NCBI RefSeq assembly: GCF_004010195.1
Contig: NC_057744.1
Location: 28,830,365 to 28,894,364, forward strand
Direction of reading: 5' to 3'
Length of the DNA: 64,000 nt
Source: Chiloscyllium plagiosum
Taxonomy: Eukaryota
Part shown: positions 24,831-37,321 of the stretch, in pieces
Layout: each line of letters opens with the position of its first letter
Numbering within the stretch: the first letter of the stretch is position 1
The notes under the pieces: model-generated
Seen by the model: the letters and a program-made list of their open reading frames with translations, nothing else
Database searches by the model: none
What the model was told of the DNA's origin: nothing
Position numbers and translations under genes: made by a program

Positions 24831-26019
24831 CAAATCTCAGGGAGTACACTTAGACAAAAGGGAAGTTGAAGAGACCTTCAGACTTGATCAAAGAAGCAGA
24901 TTTTAAGCAGTGTTTTGAAAGAACACAGAGGTTTTGGGAGGACATCACAAAGATTAAGGCTCAGTTCATGCAGTTTTAAACTGCATGATATTTGAGACTG
25001 GCCTGTTGCTTGCTAGACCTAACATATCACTGTTTCAGCTTGTAATTTGTTTGTGCTCTTGAGATGAAAAACCAAAGCAGTAATTGTTGCTGTCACGAAC
25101 ACTGAAATGGCACAGGAGTCCTGTAAGCCCAACATTCAGCCTGTAACCCACTGAAAAAAGACTATCAAAGCCTGAGACTAAACAACATGGAGCTGACAGC
25201 AAGGTTACAGATGGGAAAATGGGGGGAGGTCACTATGGACGCTTTGGGGCCATCATTATCAAACAGATATCAAAAACAAACTTTAACATCTGAAATACTG
25301 GATTTTGCCAAAATGGATGATGGTTTTTATCCCTCTCCCACATGCTGGTTTGGATTCCTAATTCTCGACTTCCCTTTCGAACAGCATTCTGTGTGGGAAC
25401 TACATCCTGTGTACTGCAACAGCTTAAGTAAGCAGATCACCAGCTACTCAAGGGCAATTAGGGATGGGAAGTAAATGCTGGCCCACATCCAGTGAATGAG
25501 TCTATTTTAAAAAATGCAATGCATTATCAACATTTTCATTAATGTCCATCAGCATCACAGGTCGCCTGACATTCTGCAGCGAGAATTGCAAGTGCGAGGG
25601 GAGTAGATGAGTCAGGTACTGATAGTCCTTGCTGCACCCATACTGCAATAGGAACTTCTTTTCAACCATTGTCCCCTTCTTTGCTCTTTTTGGTCTTCAG
25701 TGGTCAAAAGGAAGTTAAGATCCCAACACCTTTTTGTAATATTAAACACCAGACTGTACAGGCTGCTGTCAGGTTGGCACTTAATATTAAAAACAATGAG
25801 AAGGATCTACATGCCTGTCACAAACAATGTCAGTACCTTATGTATCACAATTTAAGTTCTCTCCTGGGAAAGGGAGTAAACCTAACTCAGGGCAGTTACC
25901 ATGGTACAACCATCTTTAGTTGCTTCAACATAAAGCCAAAGGTTCATTAATGACTGCATCATGTTTTGTATCACTTGGTCATTTCAGTGAATCTTGATAA
26001 AACTCAAAAATTTCCAGGA

Positions 26020-26530
26020 AAAGGCAGCCTGTTTGACTGTCCATTTCACTCCCCCCACCACCAATATACATTGGCTGCAGTGAATACTACCTACAAAATG
26101 CAATACTGTGACCCACCAGGACTTCTTCAAAATCATCTTCCAAACATGCACCCCTTACCAAGTAGAATTACAAATGCAGCAGATGCATGGGAATAGCCAC
26201 ACAGCAGATGCATGGGAACACCCTAACAACAGATGCATGGGAACACATCCACAAGAGATGCATGGGAACATCACCACAGGAGATGCATGGGAATAGACAC
26301 ATAGCAGATGCATGGGAACATCAGCACTTAAAAGTTCCCCTCCAGGTCACACAACCTTCTGGTTTGGAAATACATGATTATTCTTTCACTGTTGCTGAAT
26401 CAAAATCCTGGAACTCCCTCCCTGACCACACTGGTTACATGGATTGCAACAGTTCAACATAATCTTCTCAAGGACAATGTGGGATGGGAAATAAATGCTG
26501 ACCTGATCAGTGATGCTTATATCACATGAA
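26020..26530 (+). mobile_element. CR1/L2-superclade LINE (second family) 3' fragment
   Basis: Reverse-complement match to 18690-19100 (tcaaaatcctggaactccctccc...gggatgggaaataaatgctg). A shorter copy lies at 25380-25500. Confidence 0.75.
26181..26318 (+). repeat. 25-bp-period minisatellite: six invariant AGATGCATGGGAA cores with 12-bp variable spacers
   Basis: Cores start at 26181, 26206, 26231, 26256, 26281 and 26306. Confidence 0.9.
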
Positions 26531-26735
26531 CAAGTACAAATAAACTTGCCCCTAATTAATGTTACACATTTCAAATCCATAATATGTTATTCCAATGGGT
26601 ATTGCACTATTTACAATAAATTACCCAAATATTTTCAAATGGCCTGAACCCCTATTGTGTAAGAATAGTTCATAGAGGCTTCAGGATCACATTCCGCTAA
26701 AAAGTTCCAGAGAATGTGTTTTGCAGCCTGGGTCA

Positions 26736-26769
26736 TGCTGCCCTCCTGTGGACAAGCTTTGAGTTACAG
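26736..26769 (-). promoter_or_regulatory. Candidate CTCF site with upstream motif
   Basis: Minus strand CTGTAACTC-AAAGCT-TGTCCACAGGAGGGCAGCA resembles the upstream TGCAGTnCC motif plus core CCASYAGRKGGCRS. Confidence 0.5.
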
Positions 26770-26811
26770 TATCTGTGTGGAGAGGGAATTAATCTTTTGA
26801 GCAAAAGTGTC

Positions 26812-26945
26812 CAAAGAAGAGTTATGGTGGACTAGAAACAATTATATTTTTCTCTCCACAGATTTTGCCAGGTCTGCTGACTTTCTCTAGGATTCTCTGG
26901 TTTTTTTTATTTCAGTTTTCCAGCATCCATAATGTTTTGCTTGTT
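26812..26945 (+). mobile_element. Penelope pLTR fragment (family B), degenerate hammerhead
   Basis: aagaagagttatggtggactagaaac...ctctccacagattttgccaggtctgctgac...ttccagcatcc. Confidence 0.6.
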
Positions 26946-28148
26946 GAGTTGCAGCATAGTATTTTTTGCTTCAGATTAACATGATCCAGATCATTCAGCA
27001 ATTCCCCAGCACCGAGAATAACAAGTTCACAGCTCACAGTGACACCGAAGTCTTGTCTGTACCTAGCGGGGACAGTAGCGGTCATTCTGTTGAAAAACCC
27101 AAAGATACAGCAAGATGGAAAATATGTGATTTACATTTCCAGAATTTGATAGAATGAAGATAGAAGACAAAGTGATTTAAATCTCTTGTCAATTCAATGG
27201 TTACATTTTGAAGAATAATTTTAATTAATTAGTTAACTGACAACAATCTAATGGTTAGAATCTGAATTCCCCAAGTTATTAAAAAGTAATTTTGGACTTT
27301 ACAGAGATCTATAACCTTTAATTAAGTTCACTAAACCAAGCATACACAAGCAAGTAATCATCATGGGCAGTCCATGATAATGGGATTACACAGAAGCTGA
27401 ATATCTGTATATAAGATGTCCCTGCATTTAAGGGTTGTGCAAGTGTACATGTAGTCATAGAGGGAGAAATATACTGCATTACAGATCGGATTTTGACCTT
27501 CCTTCCACCACCTTCTCCCCCAGCCTGACACCAATAAGGGGAATTCTAGCTCAAAAGGTGGCCTCTGCCCTCAACTTACATTTCCAATTGAGTTTTGATT
27601 TGATTTTCATTCTATTGTCATATGCATTTTACAGTAAGATTACAGTAAAATACAGTGAAAAGCTTTCATTTGCCACCATTAAACAACACCACTTTGAATA
27701 ATTTAAGATTAAGAAAATAAAAGAAAGATATAACTGGCAAACTGCTGTGGTGCAGTGGTAGTGTCCCAACAGAAGGTCTGGACTCAACTCCCACCAACTC
27801 AAGATGTATTCCAAAATTTGCCAGAATGGTTTGATTCAAAATTATCTACTTTACAGTTTGGGACCTCTAGGCCAAGGACATAGTTGGGGAGAGGTTCAGG
27901 ATGTTCAAAAATTTCATATAGGTTTGAATGAGTTAAAATTTCACCTGCATCATTTTTAAAATGAATGTTTACTGACATGATGTTGTGGGGTCAAAAGTGG
28001 GAAATAAAATCTTCCCTTACTTATCCAGCCAGTTTCAATCAGACGCACAGTAAATTCTTCTACATCCAAGCTTTTAAAGTCTTTTATTTGCTATTTAACC
28101 ATTTTGAGGCACTCATTCTTTCAAATTTTAACCAGACTATTGTATCAA

Positions 28149-28467
28149 AGAATCATAGAATCCCTAAAGTGTGGAAACAGGCCATTTGGCCCAACGTTCC
28201 ACACCAACCCTCCGAAGAGTAACTCACCCAGACCCTTTCCCTTATCCTATTACTCTACATTTACCCCTAACTAAGGCACCTGAACACTATGGGCAATTTA
28301 GCATGGCCAATTCACCTACCCTGCACAGCTTTGGATTGTGGGAGGAAACCAGATCACCCAAGGTAAACCCACACAGACACGGAGAGAATGTGCACCCGAG
28401 GCTGGAATCGAATCTGGGTCCCTGGTGCTGTGAGGCAGCAGTGCCAACCACTCAGCCACCATGCCAC
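28149..28467 (-). mobile_element. HE1 SINE
   Basis: Reverse HE1 with tail atcatagaatccc. Confidence 0.88.
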
Positions 28468-28489
28468 TCATTCATCTAATGAATTCTAC

Positions 28490-29202
28490 CGTCACAATGC
28501 TGGTCTGTTACAAGGTTACTATGCCTTCAAGTTTTCTTTTCAGAGATGGGGTAATTGGCTAGGCTCCATCATGTTTGAAGTTTGAATAGTTCATTGGGGC
28601 CTTTTTGTTGACCCTAACAGATAGTGCTTCAGGCCAAAAGCTTGAAAAGTCTTTTGAAAATTGGAATTGTCAAGGAGCGTAGCCAGCTCTCTATCTGTGC
28701 CATTCAATTCAGTTCAGGGGTTAGCTGAGTAAGAGACATAGTTGAAACTGGAAATTCTTTTTCCTTCTGCCCGTCTCACTTCAAAAACATGTAAGTTGCC
28801 TGTGCTATTGTTTACTGTTTGAGCAAAGGAACGTGTGTATTGGGACTGTTGCAAGTATTTTCAGAACAGCATCATTAAGTCAGGTTTGGATAGGATAAGT
28901 TATCTGGTATTCTGTTTTCTGTTCTTTGTATTTCATTCTGTAATTTTGTAGGGGTATGGGTGGGTTGCGCTTCGGTGGGTCGGTGTGGACTTGTTGGGCC
29001 GAAGGGCCTGTTTCCACACTGTAAGTAATCTAATCTAATCTAATCTAATCTAAATAAATTTTATTTGTTTAAAACGTAGCAGTCAACCCAGCTAATTTAC
29101 ACTGGGGATCTCCACTATACACCTAGCTAAAACAAATAGTAAAGTTACAGTCTGGACTACCTGTTTAAAGGGGTTTTGAGGGGTCTGGCCCTATCCATAA
29201 TA
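28490..29202 (+). repeat. 5' LTR of element 1 (contains an HE1 fragment)
   Basis: Colinear with 34172-34784 apart from 28951-29052. Confidence 0.9.
28951..29052 (+). mobile_element. 5'-truncated HE1 SINE tail inserted in the 5' LTR only
   Basis: ggggtatgggtgggttgcgc...gtaag(taatc)n. The 3' LTR shows the empty site tttgta|aataaa. Confidence 0.88.
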
Positions 29203-29205
29203 GAC

Positions 29206-29224
29206 TGGGGGCTCTTTGCGGGAT
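29206..29224 (+). other. Primer-binding site complementary to tRNA-Pro
   Basis: TGGGGGCTCTTTGCGGGAT versus the canonical PBS-Pro TGGGGGCTCGTCCGGGAT. Confidence 0.75.
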
Positions 29225-29302
29225 TTAACCAGCAAGTGATAGGTGTTTGAGTCTTTTATTTCAGGTGTTGATTTGGTTGGTTTAAACAGTGTTCAGATAG
29301 CA

Positions 29303-32300
29303 ATGGCTCTTTCAGTCACCAAGGAGTTTCTGGAGGTGGAAACAGTGACCTTGGAGGTTTTACAAAAGGCAAATAAGACCAAGCTGTGGGAACTAATAGA
29401 CAAGCTGGTGTTGAATTTACCTCCTAATGTGAGGAAGGACGAGATGATTTCAGCAGTAGCTCAACATTTAAGTTTGCTGGAAATACCATCAGGATCTGTA
29501 GAAATGGCACAAATTCATTGCAAATGAAGCAGCTTGAGTTAGAGGCAAGAGACAAGGAAAGGGCAGCGTAAAAGTTTAAAATTGGAACAGAAAGAAAAAG
29601 AATGAAGGGCTTTACCAGAAGAGAAAGGTAGAGAGAGAGAGTTTGAACTTCAGAAATTGACACTTAAAAAGGGAAGTCACCTTAAAAGGCTGGAGATAAA
29701 GGCTCAGGGTAGTCTAAGTGAGGAAGAGAGTGAGGATGAGCCAACCACTGCTAGTCAAAAGCCTAGTGAGAAACTGTTTAAATATATTCATGCATTGCCT
29801 AAATTAGATGAGAAGGATGTGGAAGCATTTTTCATCGCATTTGAAAAAGTGGCTAAACAAATGCAGTGGGCCAGTGGCAATTTGGGTGTGTTGATCCAAA
29901 CGAAACTTGTAGATAGAGGTAGTGAGGTCTTCGCATCCTTATCAGAGGAGGTATCTGGGGAATATAAGGAGTTGAAGAAAAGCTATCTTAAGTGCATATG
30001 AGCTTGTACCAGAAGCCTATTGACAATGTTTCAGGAATCTAAGGAGGAACCCTTGTCAAACCTATATTGAGTTTGAAAGGATCAAACAAAGTCATTTAGA
30101 TAGGTGGATAAGAGCTTTAAAAATAGTGCAAATCTATGATGTCCTGAGACAATTATTTTGGAGGAGTTCAAAATTTCACTGCCTAGCAAAATGTGAACTC
30201 ATGTGGAAGAGCAGAGAGTTATAACAGCAAGGTTAGCAGGTGATGGGACTGATGATTACAAGCTGGTCCATAAACCATGGTTTGGCTTCCAGAATCAATT
30301 TCAGTCCATGAGGGATAGAAGTTGGGGAAAAGAGAAATCTTCATGTGGAAAAGGTAAGGTAGATCTCAGTGAAGGTCATAAGGAGAACTCACCACAGGGT
30401 AAAAAGGAAACACTTGAAGGGGACAAAGAAAGTGAAAGGCCCCAGTGTTTTCATTGCAATAAATTAGGCCACATGAAATCAGTGTTAGCGGGCTAGGAGA
30501 AGCACAGGAAAGCCAGATGTGGGAAAGCAAGATACACCTGGAAGTTTTGTTGTAATGGTAACAGAAAGCACAGTGGAAGTTAGAAAGCTGCATCAGAATG
30601 TACAAGCTGATCAGAGGTTAGTTCAGGAGGAAGTGCCAGATCTGCTTAAAGAATATATCTACGACATTAAAGTTTATTCACATTGGCCAGGAGTAGTAGG
30701 AAAGCAGGTTACAATATTAAGGAACACAGGATCTTCTCAGTCTGTGCTGCTGAAGGATAAGGAGATACGTATTCCTGAGGGACTATTGCCAGAAAAAGTA
30801 CTGGTAACAGGAATTCATGTTGAGACAAAGAGCACTCACTTATGTAAAGTGAGGTTAGAGTGTCCAGAAAAGAGTGGAGAGTTTGTGGTAGAAGTACAGG
30901 ACAAACTCTCAGCTCCAGAAATACAATTTGTCCTTGCAAATGAAATAGCTGATTCATCGGTAGGCATGCTGCCTACTGTAGTTGAAAAGCCTGTGGAAAC
31001 TTAAGCAACTGATGCAATGCAAGATTCTTATCTGGGAATCTTCTCTGATTGGGTAGTAACAAGCTCACAGAGTTACCAGTCGAAGGAGGAGAGATCAAAG
31101 GATACAGATAATGAAGATGAAGTGGCTTTAGCAGAGACTGTGTTTGATCAGTTAGTTGGGACAAACTAGGAGCAAATAAATAATCATGCAAATATCTTTA
31201 CCTCTGCAAAGCTCATTGAGTTGCAGCAGAAAAGATGAAAATTTAGAGCAGTTGTATCCAATGGCATATACAGAGAAAGAGTATGAATGTATCCCTGTGT
31301 GTTATTACCTGAAAAATGATGTCTAAATGAGGAAATTGAGACCATCACATATTTAAGCAGATGAGAAATGGGCAGAGATTCATCAAATTGTACTGCCAGT
31401 GGGGTATAGAAAGGAGGTGTTGTGAGTAATATGTGACGTACCACTTGCAGCTCATTTAGGAGTGAGGAAAATACAGGCTAAAAAAACAAAGACATTTTTA
31501 CTGGCCTGGACTGCACAAGGATGTTGTTGAATTGCACCAGATGTGTCATACATATCAGGTAAATGGAAATCCACAGGTGGTAATAAAACCTGTACTTTTA
31601 ATATCTATTCCAGCATTTGATGAACCTTTTGCAAGAGTTTTAATTGATTCCGTAGGTCCATAACCCAAATAAAATGTGGGAATCAGTATTTGTTAACAAT
31701 AATACATTTATGGACGTATCGACGAAATTTCTAGATGTCATTCCATTATCCAATATCACAGCTAAAAAGATTGTAAAGGAATTACTCAATTTTTTTACTA
31801 GATATGGACTACCAACAGAGATACAGTCAGATCAAGGGTCAAATTTCACATCCATACTATTCAAGGAAGTTATGGACAGCTTAGGCATAAAGCAATTCAA
31901 ATCTATTGTGTACAATCCAGAATAGCAGTGAGCACTAGAAAGATGGCATCAAACACAAAAGACCATGTTGAAAGCATATAGTCAGGATTATCCAGATGAT
32001 TGGGATAAGGGAATTTTGTTTATGCTTTTTGTCATCAGAGATGCACCAAATAAATTGACCAAATTCAGTCCATTTGAATTAGTTTTTGGGTATGAAGTGA
32101 GAGGACCATTAAAATTGATTAAGGAGGAATTGGTAAGTCAGAATTCAGAGACCAGCCATTTGGCCTATGTGTCAAATTTTAGAGAATGACTAAATAGAAC
32201 TAGGGAGTTGGCCAGACAGCATTTAAAAGTGTCACAGCATACAGTGAAGCAGGAAATGGACAAGAAATCAAAAATTTGCAATTTTGCTATTGGGGATAAG

Positions 32301-33980
32301 GTGCTAGTGTTACTTCCTGTAGTAGGTGAACCTTTAAAAGCAAAGTTTAATGGACCTTATCAAATTGGAAAGAAATTGAGTGAGGTAAACTACTTGATAA
32401 GAACCTCAGACAGGAAAAAATCTCACAGAGTGTGCCATGTGAATAACTCAAAAGGTGTTTTGACGGGAAAGGAAAGCAAGAGGAGACGGTGTTAATGATT
32501 ACAGTACAGAAGGAAGAACCAAGTTCAGAGGATTCTGAATTAGACATTTCTCAAATTAAGTTGGACAATGAGGAAGTTGTCAAAAATTGGGATAAATTAT
32601 TGGGTTACCTTCCTGAGAAAAATCAAAATAACCTGAAAGAGTTATTGCTATCACATGGAAAATATGTGGAAATAAACTGGGAAGTACTAACCTAATCATG
32701 CTTGACGTAGATATAGGAGATACTGTTCCAATTAAGCAACATCCTTATAGGCATAACCCTCTAAAGTTGGCATAGGTTCAACAGGAGATAGAATGCATAC
32801 TCCAAGATGGCATAATCAAAGTGAGTTACAGTGGCTAGAGCTCACCCATAGTAATGATGCCAAAGCCAGATGGTACCCAATGGTTATGTGTGGACTATGG
32901 CAAAGTCAATACAGTTACAAAGACTAATGCATTTCCAATTCTGTGGTTGGAAGATTGAGTTGGAAAGGTGGGACAAGCAACTTGCATTTCTAAGTTGGAC
33001 TTGCTCAGAAGATACTGGCAGGTACCTTTGTCCGAAAGAGCAAAGGCAATTTCAGATTTCGTAACGCGAAATGGACTGCATCAGTTTAAAGTCATGTCAT
33101 TTAGTATGAAAAATGCTCTGGTCACATTTTAGTGACTAATAAGGTAATTGCCAGATTATCCAACTGTGTTGTGTACATTGATGACCTGGTGATTTTTAGT
33201 CGCTCATGGAAGGAATATTTACAATATTTATTGGATTTGTTTGATCGACTTCAGAGGACGGGCCGGGTGGTAAACCAAGCTAAAAGTGAATTTTGTAAAA
33301 GCCCAAGTCACCTTCCTGGACCACGTTATTGGACATGGACTAATGGCCCCATGGGATGCAAAAATGAAAATAATTGCAGAGTTTCCCACACCATCGACAA
33401 AAAGAGCAGTACTATGGTTCTTTGGATTGAATGGATTTTATCAAAAGTTTGTGCTGACGTTTAGCCGTGTAGCAGCTTCACTCATTGAATCGCTAAAGAA
33501 AGGCCAGAAGTTTCAGTGGGCAGCGGACTGTCAGAAGAAATTTGACAGCCTGAGGCCTGTGTTAACTACTGCCCCGGTATTAGCCAATCTGATTACACAA
33601 AGCTTTTCAAGGTGGCTATCAATGCCAGTGATGCGTGTGTTGGTGCTGTGCTCCTCCAGAAAGATGGCGAGAAGATGGAAAGGCCTATTGGGTATTTCTC
33701 CAGGAAATTGAATGTTCATCAGCAGAAATACTCAATGGTTGAGAAAGAGACTTTAAGCTTAGTGTTAGCACTACAACATTTCAATGTTTATGTTACCAGC
33801 AGTGCATCTGAGACAATCGTATACACTGATCATAATCCATTGAAGTTTGTGAAGAAGACTAAGGACAAAACTGCCAGACTGTTTAGATGGAGCTTATCAT
33901 TACAGCCATTCAATTTGAAAACTGTGCATGTGGCAGGACAAAAAAACGTGATTGCTGATGCATTGTTGAGACTTGAGTGA
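29303..33980 (+). pseudogene. gag-pol pseudogene of element 1
   Basis: Capsid LPKLDEKDVEAFFIAFEKVAKQMQW, CFHCNKLGH knuckle, protease LRNTGSSQS, integrase GLPTEIQSDQGSNFTS, RT VYIDDLVIFS, RNase H (NASD..VGAVL, EKETL, YTDHNPL). Many stops and frameshifts. Confidence 0.92.
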
Positions 33981-34171
33981 AAAACAAAGGTGATTGGTGG
34001 TGGGAGAACCACAGACTGAATCCAAATGTAGTTGTGATGTTTGCACATTTATAGTTAGTGAATATATATATGTGTTTAAAGTACTAACTTTTTATTATGT
34101 TTTCTGAGGTTTCAAAAAACGAAGCCCTCTTTGGATGTTGATGGTTCACTGTTTATAAGTGGGGGGGATGT

Positions 34172-34784
34172 TGTCACAATGCTGATCTGTTACAAGGTTA
34201 TTATGCCATTGAGATTTTTTTCAGAGAGGGGATATTAGGCCAGACTCTCTCATGTTTGAAGCTTGAATGGTTCATTGGGGCCTTTTTGTTTACCCTAACA
34301 GATGATGCTTCAGGCCAAAAGCTTGAAAAGTCTTTTGAAAACTGGTATTGTCAAGGGGGCATGGCCAGCTCTCTACTTGTGCCATTCAATTCAGTTCAGG
34401 AGTTAGCTGAGTAAGACACATAGTTGAAACTGGAAACTGTCTTTTTCCATCTGCCCTTCTCACTTCAAAAACTGTAAAGCTGCCTGTGCCATTGTCTACT
34501 GTTTGTGCGAAGGGACGTGTGTATTGGGTCTGTTGCAAGTACATTCGGAACAGCATCATCAAGCCGGGTTTGGATAGGATACGTTATCCAGTATTCTGTT
34601 TTCTGTTCTTTGTGTTTCATTCCATATTTTTGTAAATAAATTTTGTTTCTTTAAAACTTGGCAGTCAAACCAGCTAATTTACTCCAGGAATCTCTACTAT
34701 ACACCTCGCTAAAACAAATAGCAAAGTTATGGTCTGGGCTACCTGCTCAAAGAGGTTTTGAGGGGTCTGGCCTTATCCATCACA
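34172..34784 (+). repeat. 3' LTR of element 1
   Basis: Follows the G-rich PPT; ends CCATCACA before TSD CTAT. Confidence 0.9.
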
Positions 34785-35160
34785 CTATCAATAGATCAGC
34801 GACACATATCCAGCACTTGGAATTCATGTATTTGAAGCTTTGTCCAACAAACTTATTTTTCATTTATTTTATAAGGATTGCCGTGTTTCTCAAAATAATA
34901 ATAATTTTAATCACAAAATTCCTACTTGACCAATACTCCTTTGGTAGTAAACAGGGAAGGAATTGCTTTGATCTCAAATCTCCATTAAAAACTCCTCCTT
35001 CTCCCTGGAAACAGACTGAGGCCAAGCCAGTCTGCCTGCAACCTTAGCTTTACATTTGACCATGAAATGAGCCTCCAACCTCATGTTTGTGCCATCATTA
35101 AGACATTTTCTTAATATTGCCTGATTCACCCTGTCTCAGCTAATCTGCTGTTAAAATCAT

Positions 35161-35504
35161 AAGTTGAAAAGTGTGGTGCTGGAAAAGCACAGCAGGCCAG
35201 GCAGCATCCGAGGAGCAGGAGAATCGAAGTTTCAGGCATAAGCCCTTTTCAGGAATGAGGCTGTTGTGCCAAGCGGGTTGAAATAAAAGGTGGGAGGGGA
35301 GGAATTTGGAGGAGGGGCACTGGTAATATGTAGGTGGAAGGAGGTGAGGATGAGGGCGATTGGCCAGATAGGGGGTGGGGGCAGAGAGGTCGGGAAGAGG
35401 ATTGCAAGTTAGGAGGGCGGTGCTGAATCCGGGGGTTGGGACTGAGATAAGGTGGGGGGAGGGGAAATGAGGAAGCTGGGGAAATCTACATTCATCCTGT
35501 GCGT
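35161..35504 (-). mobile_element. 5'-truncated Penelope 3' end (family A): ORF C-terminus, UTR and hammerhead pLTR
   Basis: 10-bp TSD TTAAAATCAT (35151-35160, 35505-35514). Minus strand reads MNVDFPSFLISPPPTLSQ, then CTGAAAAGGGCTTATGCCTGAAAC and the family-A arm. Confidence 0.8.
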
Positions 35505-35547
35505 TTAAAATCATTACCACAGTCTACATCACCTTAGATGGCAATTT

Positions 35548-35863
35548 CATAGAATCCCTACAGTGTGGAAGCAGGCCATTCAGCCCATTAAGTCCACACC
35601 AACCCCCTGAACAACATCCATCCCAGACCTATGCCCCTACCCTGTCCCTGTATTTCCCATGTCTAATCCACCTAGCCTACATACAATGGCAATTTAGCAT
35701 GGCCAATCCATCTAATCTGTACATTTTTGGACTGTGGGTGAAAACCCACGCAGACACGGGGAGAAGGTGCAAACTCCACACAGTCGCCTAAGGGTGGAAC
35801 TGAACCCAGGTCCCTGGCATTGTGAGGCAACAGTGTTAACCTCTGAGCGACCACGGCGGACCC
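35548..35863 (-). mobile_element. HE1 SINE
   Basis: Reverse HE1. Confidence 0.88.
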
Positions 35864-35884
35864 AATTCTAATGCATTCCTGATA

Positions 35885-36330
35885 CATTTATCAAATACTT
35901 AGTCAAAGAAAGAGTTTGAAGGAATATCTTAATGTGGAGAAACAAAATTGATCATTGCAAGGAGGGAATTCCAGAATGCAGGGTACATTCTGACCCACAT
36001 GAACTTAGGAACATCCAAAACCTGCAGCCCTGACTTGGATTGCAGCAAGTTCAGTTTGCCCATCACTTACCTCATTGGCTTGAAGTTTTGGTTTAAGAAT
36101 TCTCATCCTAATTTTCCAACCCCTGTGTGGCACTACCCCACTTTATCTCTAAACTCTCATTCCAGCCTTGCGACCATCTGAGATATCTGCACTTCATCAA
36201 ATGCTGTTCTCTTCCCTGATTTTGAAGGCACCCCCTAGCTGTCAGAGCCTTCAAACATGGAATGTCCTCCTGAAACTCCTCTGCTTCTCTACCTTTACTC
36301 CATATTTTAAGATGCTCATTCAAACCACCA
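35885..36330. mobile_element. Old L2-type LINE fragments in both orientations
   Basis: cttagtcaaagaaagagtttgaaggaatatcttaa...gggaattccagaat and tggaatgtcctcctgaaactcctctgcttctctacc...ttttaagatgctc. Confidence 0.5.
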
Positions 36331-36451
36331 TGATCTGGGAAAGCACAGCTCTGAGGATATTTAAACCTCTTCTCTCACTTTAACCCACCAAAAGAAAGCA
36401 AGGCAGGACATAATTGTTTTTCATCCATTCGACTTTCTTGAGGGCTACATT

Positions 36452-36775
36452 ATAGAATCCCTACAGTGTGGAAGGAGGCTATTTAACCCATCAAGTCCGC
36501 ACTGACTCTCCGAAGAGCACCCAACCCGATTATCATAGCCTGACATTTACCACCTTCAACCCACTTAACCTACACATCCTTGGACACTACAAATAATTTA
36601 CTGTGGCCAGTCCACCTAACCTGCACATCTTTAGACTGTGGGAGGAAACCGGAGCACCCAGAGCAAATGAATGCAGACACGGGGAGAATGTGCAAACTCC
36701 ACACAGACTAGCATCAAACCCAGGTCCGTGGCACTGTGAGACAGCAGGATTGACCACTGAGCCACTGTGCCACCC
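36452..36775 (-). mobile_element. HE1 SINE
   Basis: Reverse HE1. Confidence 0.88.
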
Positions 36776-37321
36776 CTCTGTAGATGTTAATGGAGTGCTT
36801 TCTCATTCTCACTAACTGTTCAACATTAAATGGTGCATTTATGTAGTAAGAATACTTTCTGTATTTTTGCTATTGTATAGGGCATTTAGAGTCTCTCAGA
36901 AGCATATCTAAAGAAATGTATCAGTACCCTCAATAATTATCAACTCTCTCTATTAAACTTAAAATAATGCACCAGGAAAGTATTAATTTCCTAGACACTA
37001 CAATATTTAACTTGGCACAGGACAATAAGCACTGTTTAACAACAGCATTTATTTTCAAAATAATTGACACACACACTTACACAGAAAAAGCCATCACTCT
37101 AAACATCACCCATAAATATTGACAGATGAGTGAACAGCTAATGTATAAACACAATGCTGGAACATTTCAATCAGGCAGTTGCTATCCTTTTTACTGTATC
37201 TCTGATCTCAATCTAAGATTTAAATTTAACAATTGTCAAGCAGGGATATCATGATAGCATCCACTATGTTTTTCCACATGAAATAATTCTTCAAATTATG
37301 CAATCATTAATTTAGTTTTTT

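Larger units (their letters stand above)
28490..34784 (+). mobile_element. Full-length, decayed Gmr1-type Ty3/Gypsy LTR retrotransposon (element 1)
   Basis: 5' LTR 28490-29202 and 3' LTR 34172-34784 (TGTCAC...ACA). 4-bp TSD CTAC/CTAT. PBS near 29206, purine-rich PPT before 34172. Domain order gag-PR-IN-RT-RH. Confidence 0.93.

Noticed and set aside
26181-26318. True CRISPR array
   Set aside because: Eukaryotic context, 13-bp repeat and 12-bp spacers are too short, spacers are mutually related and derived from the host LINE, and there are no cas genes.
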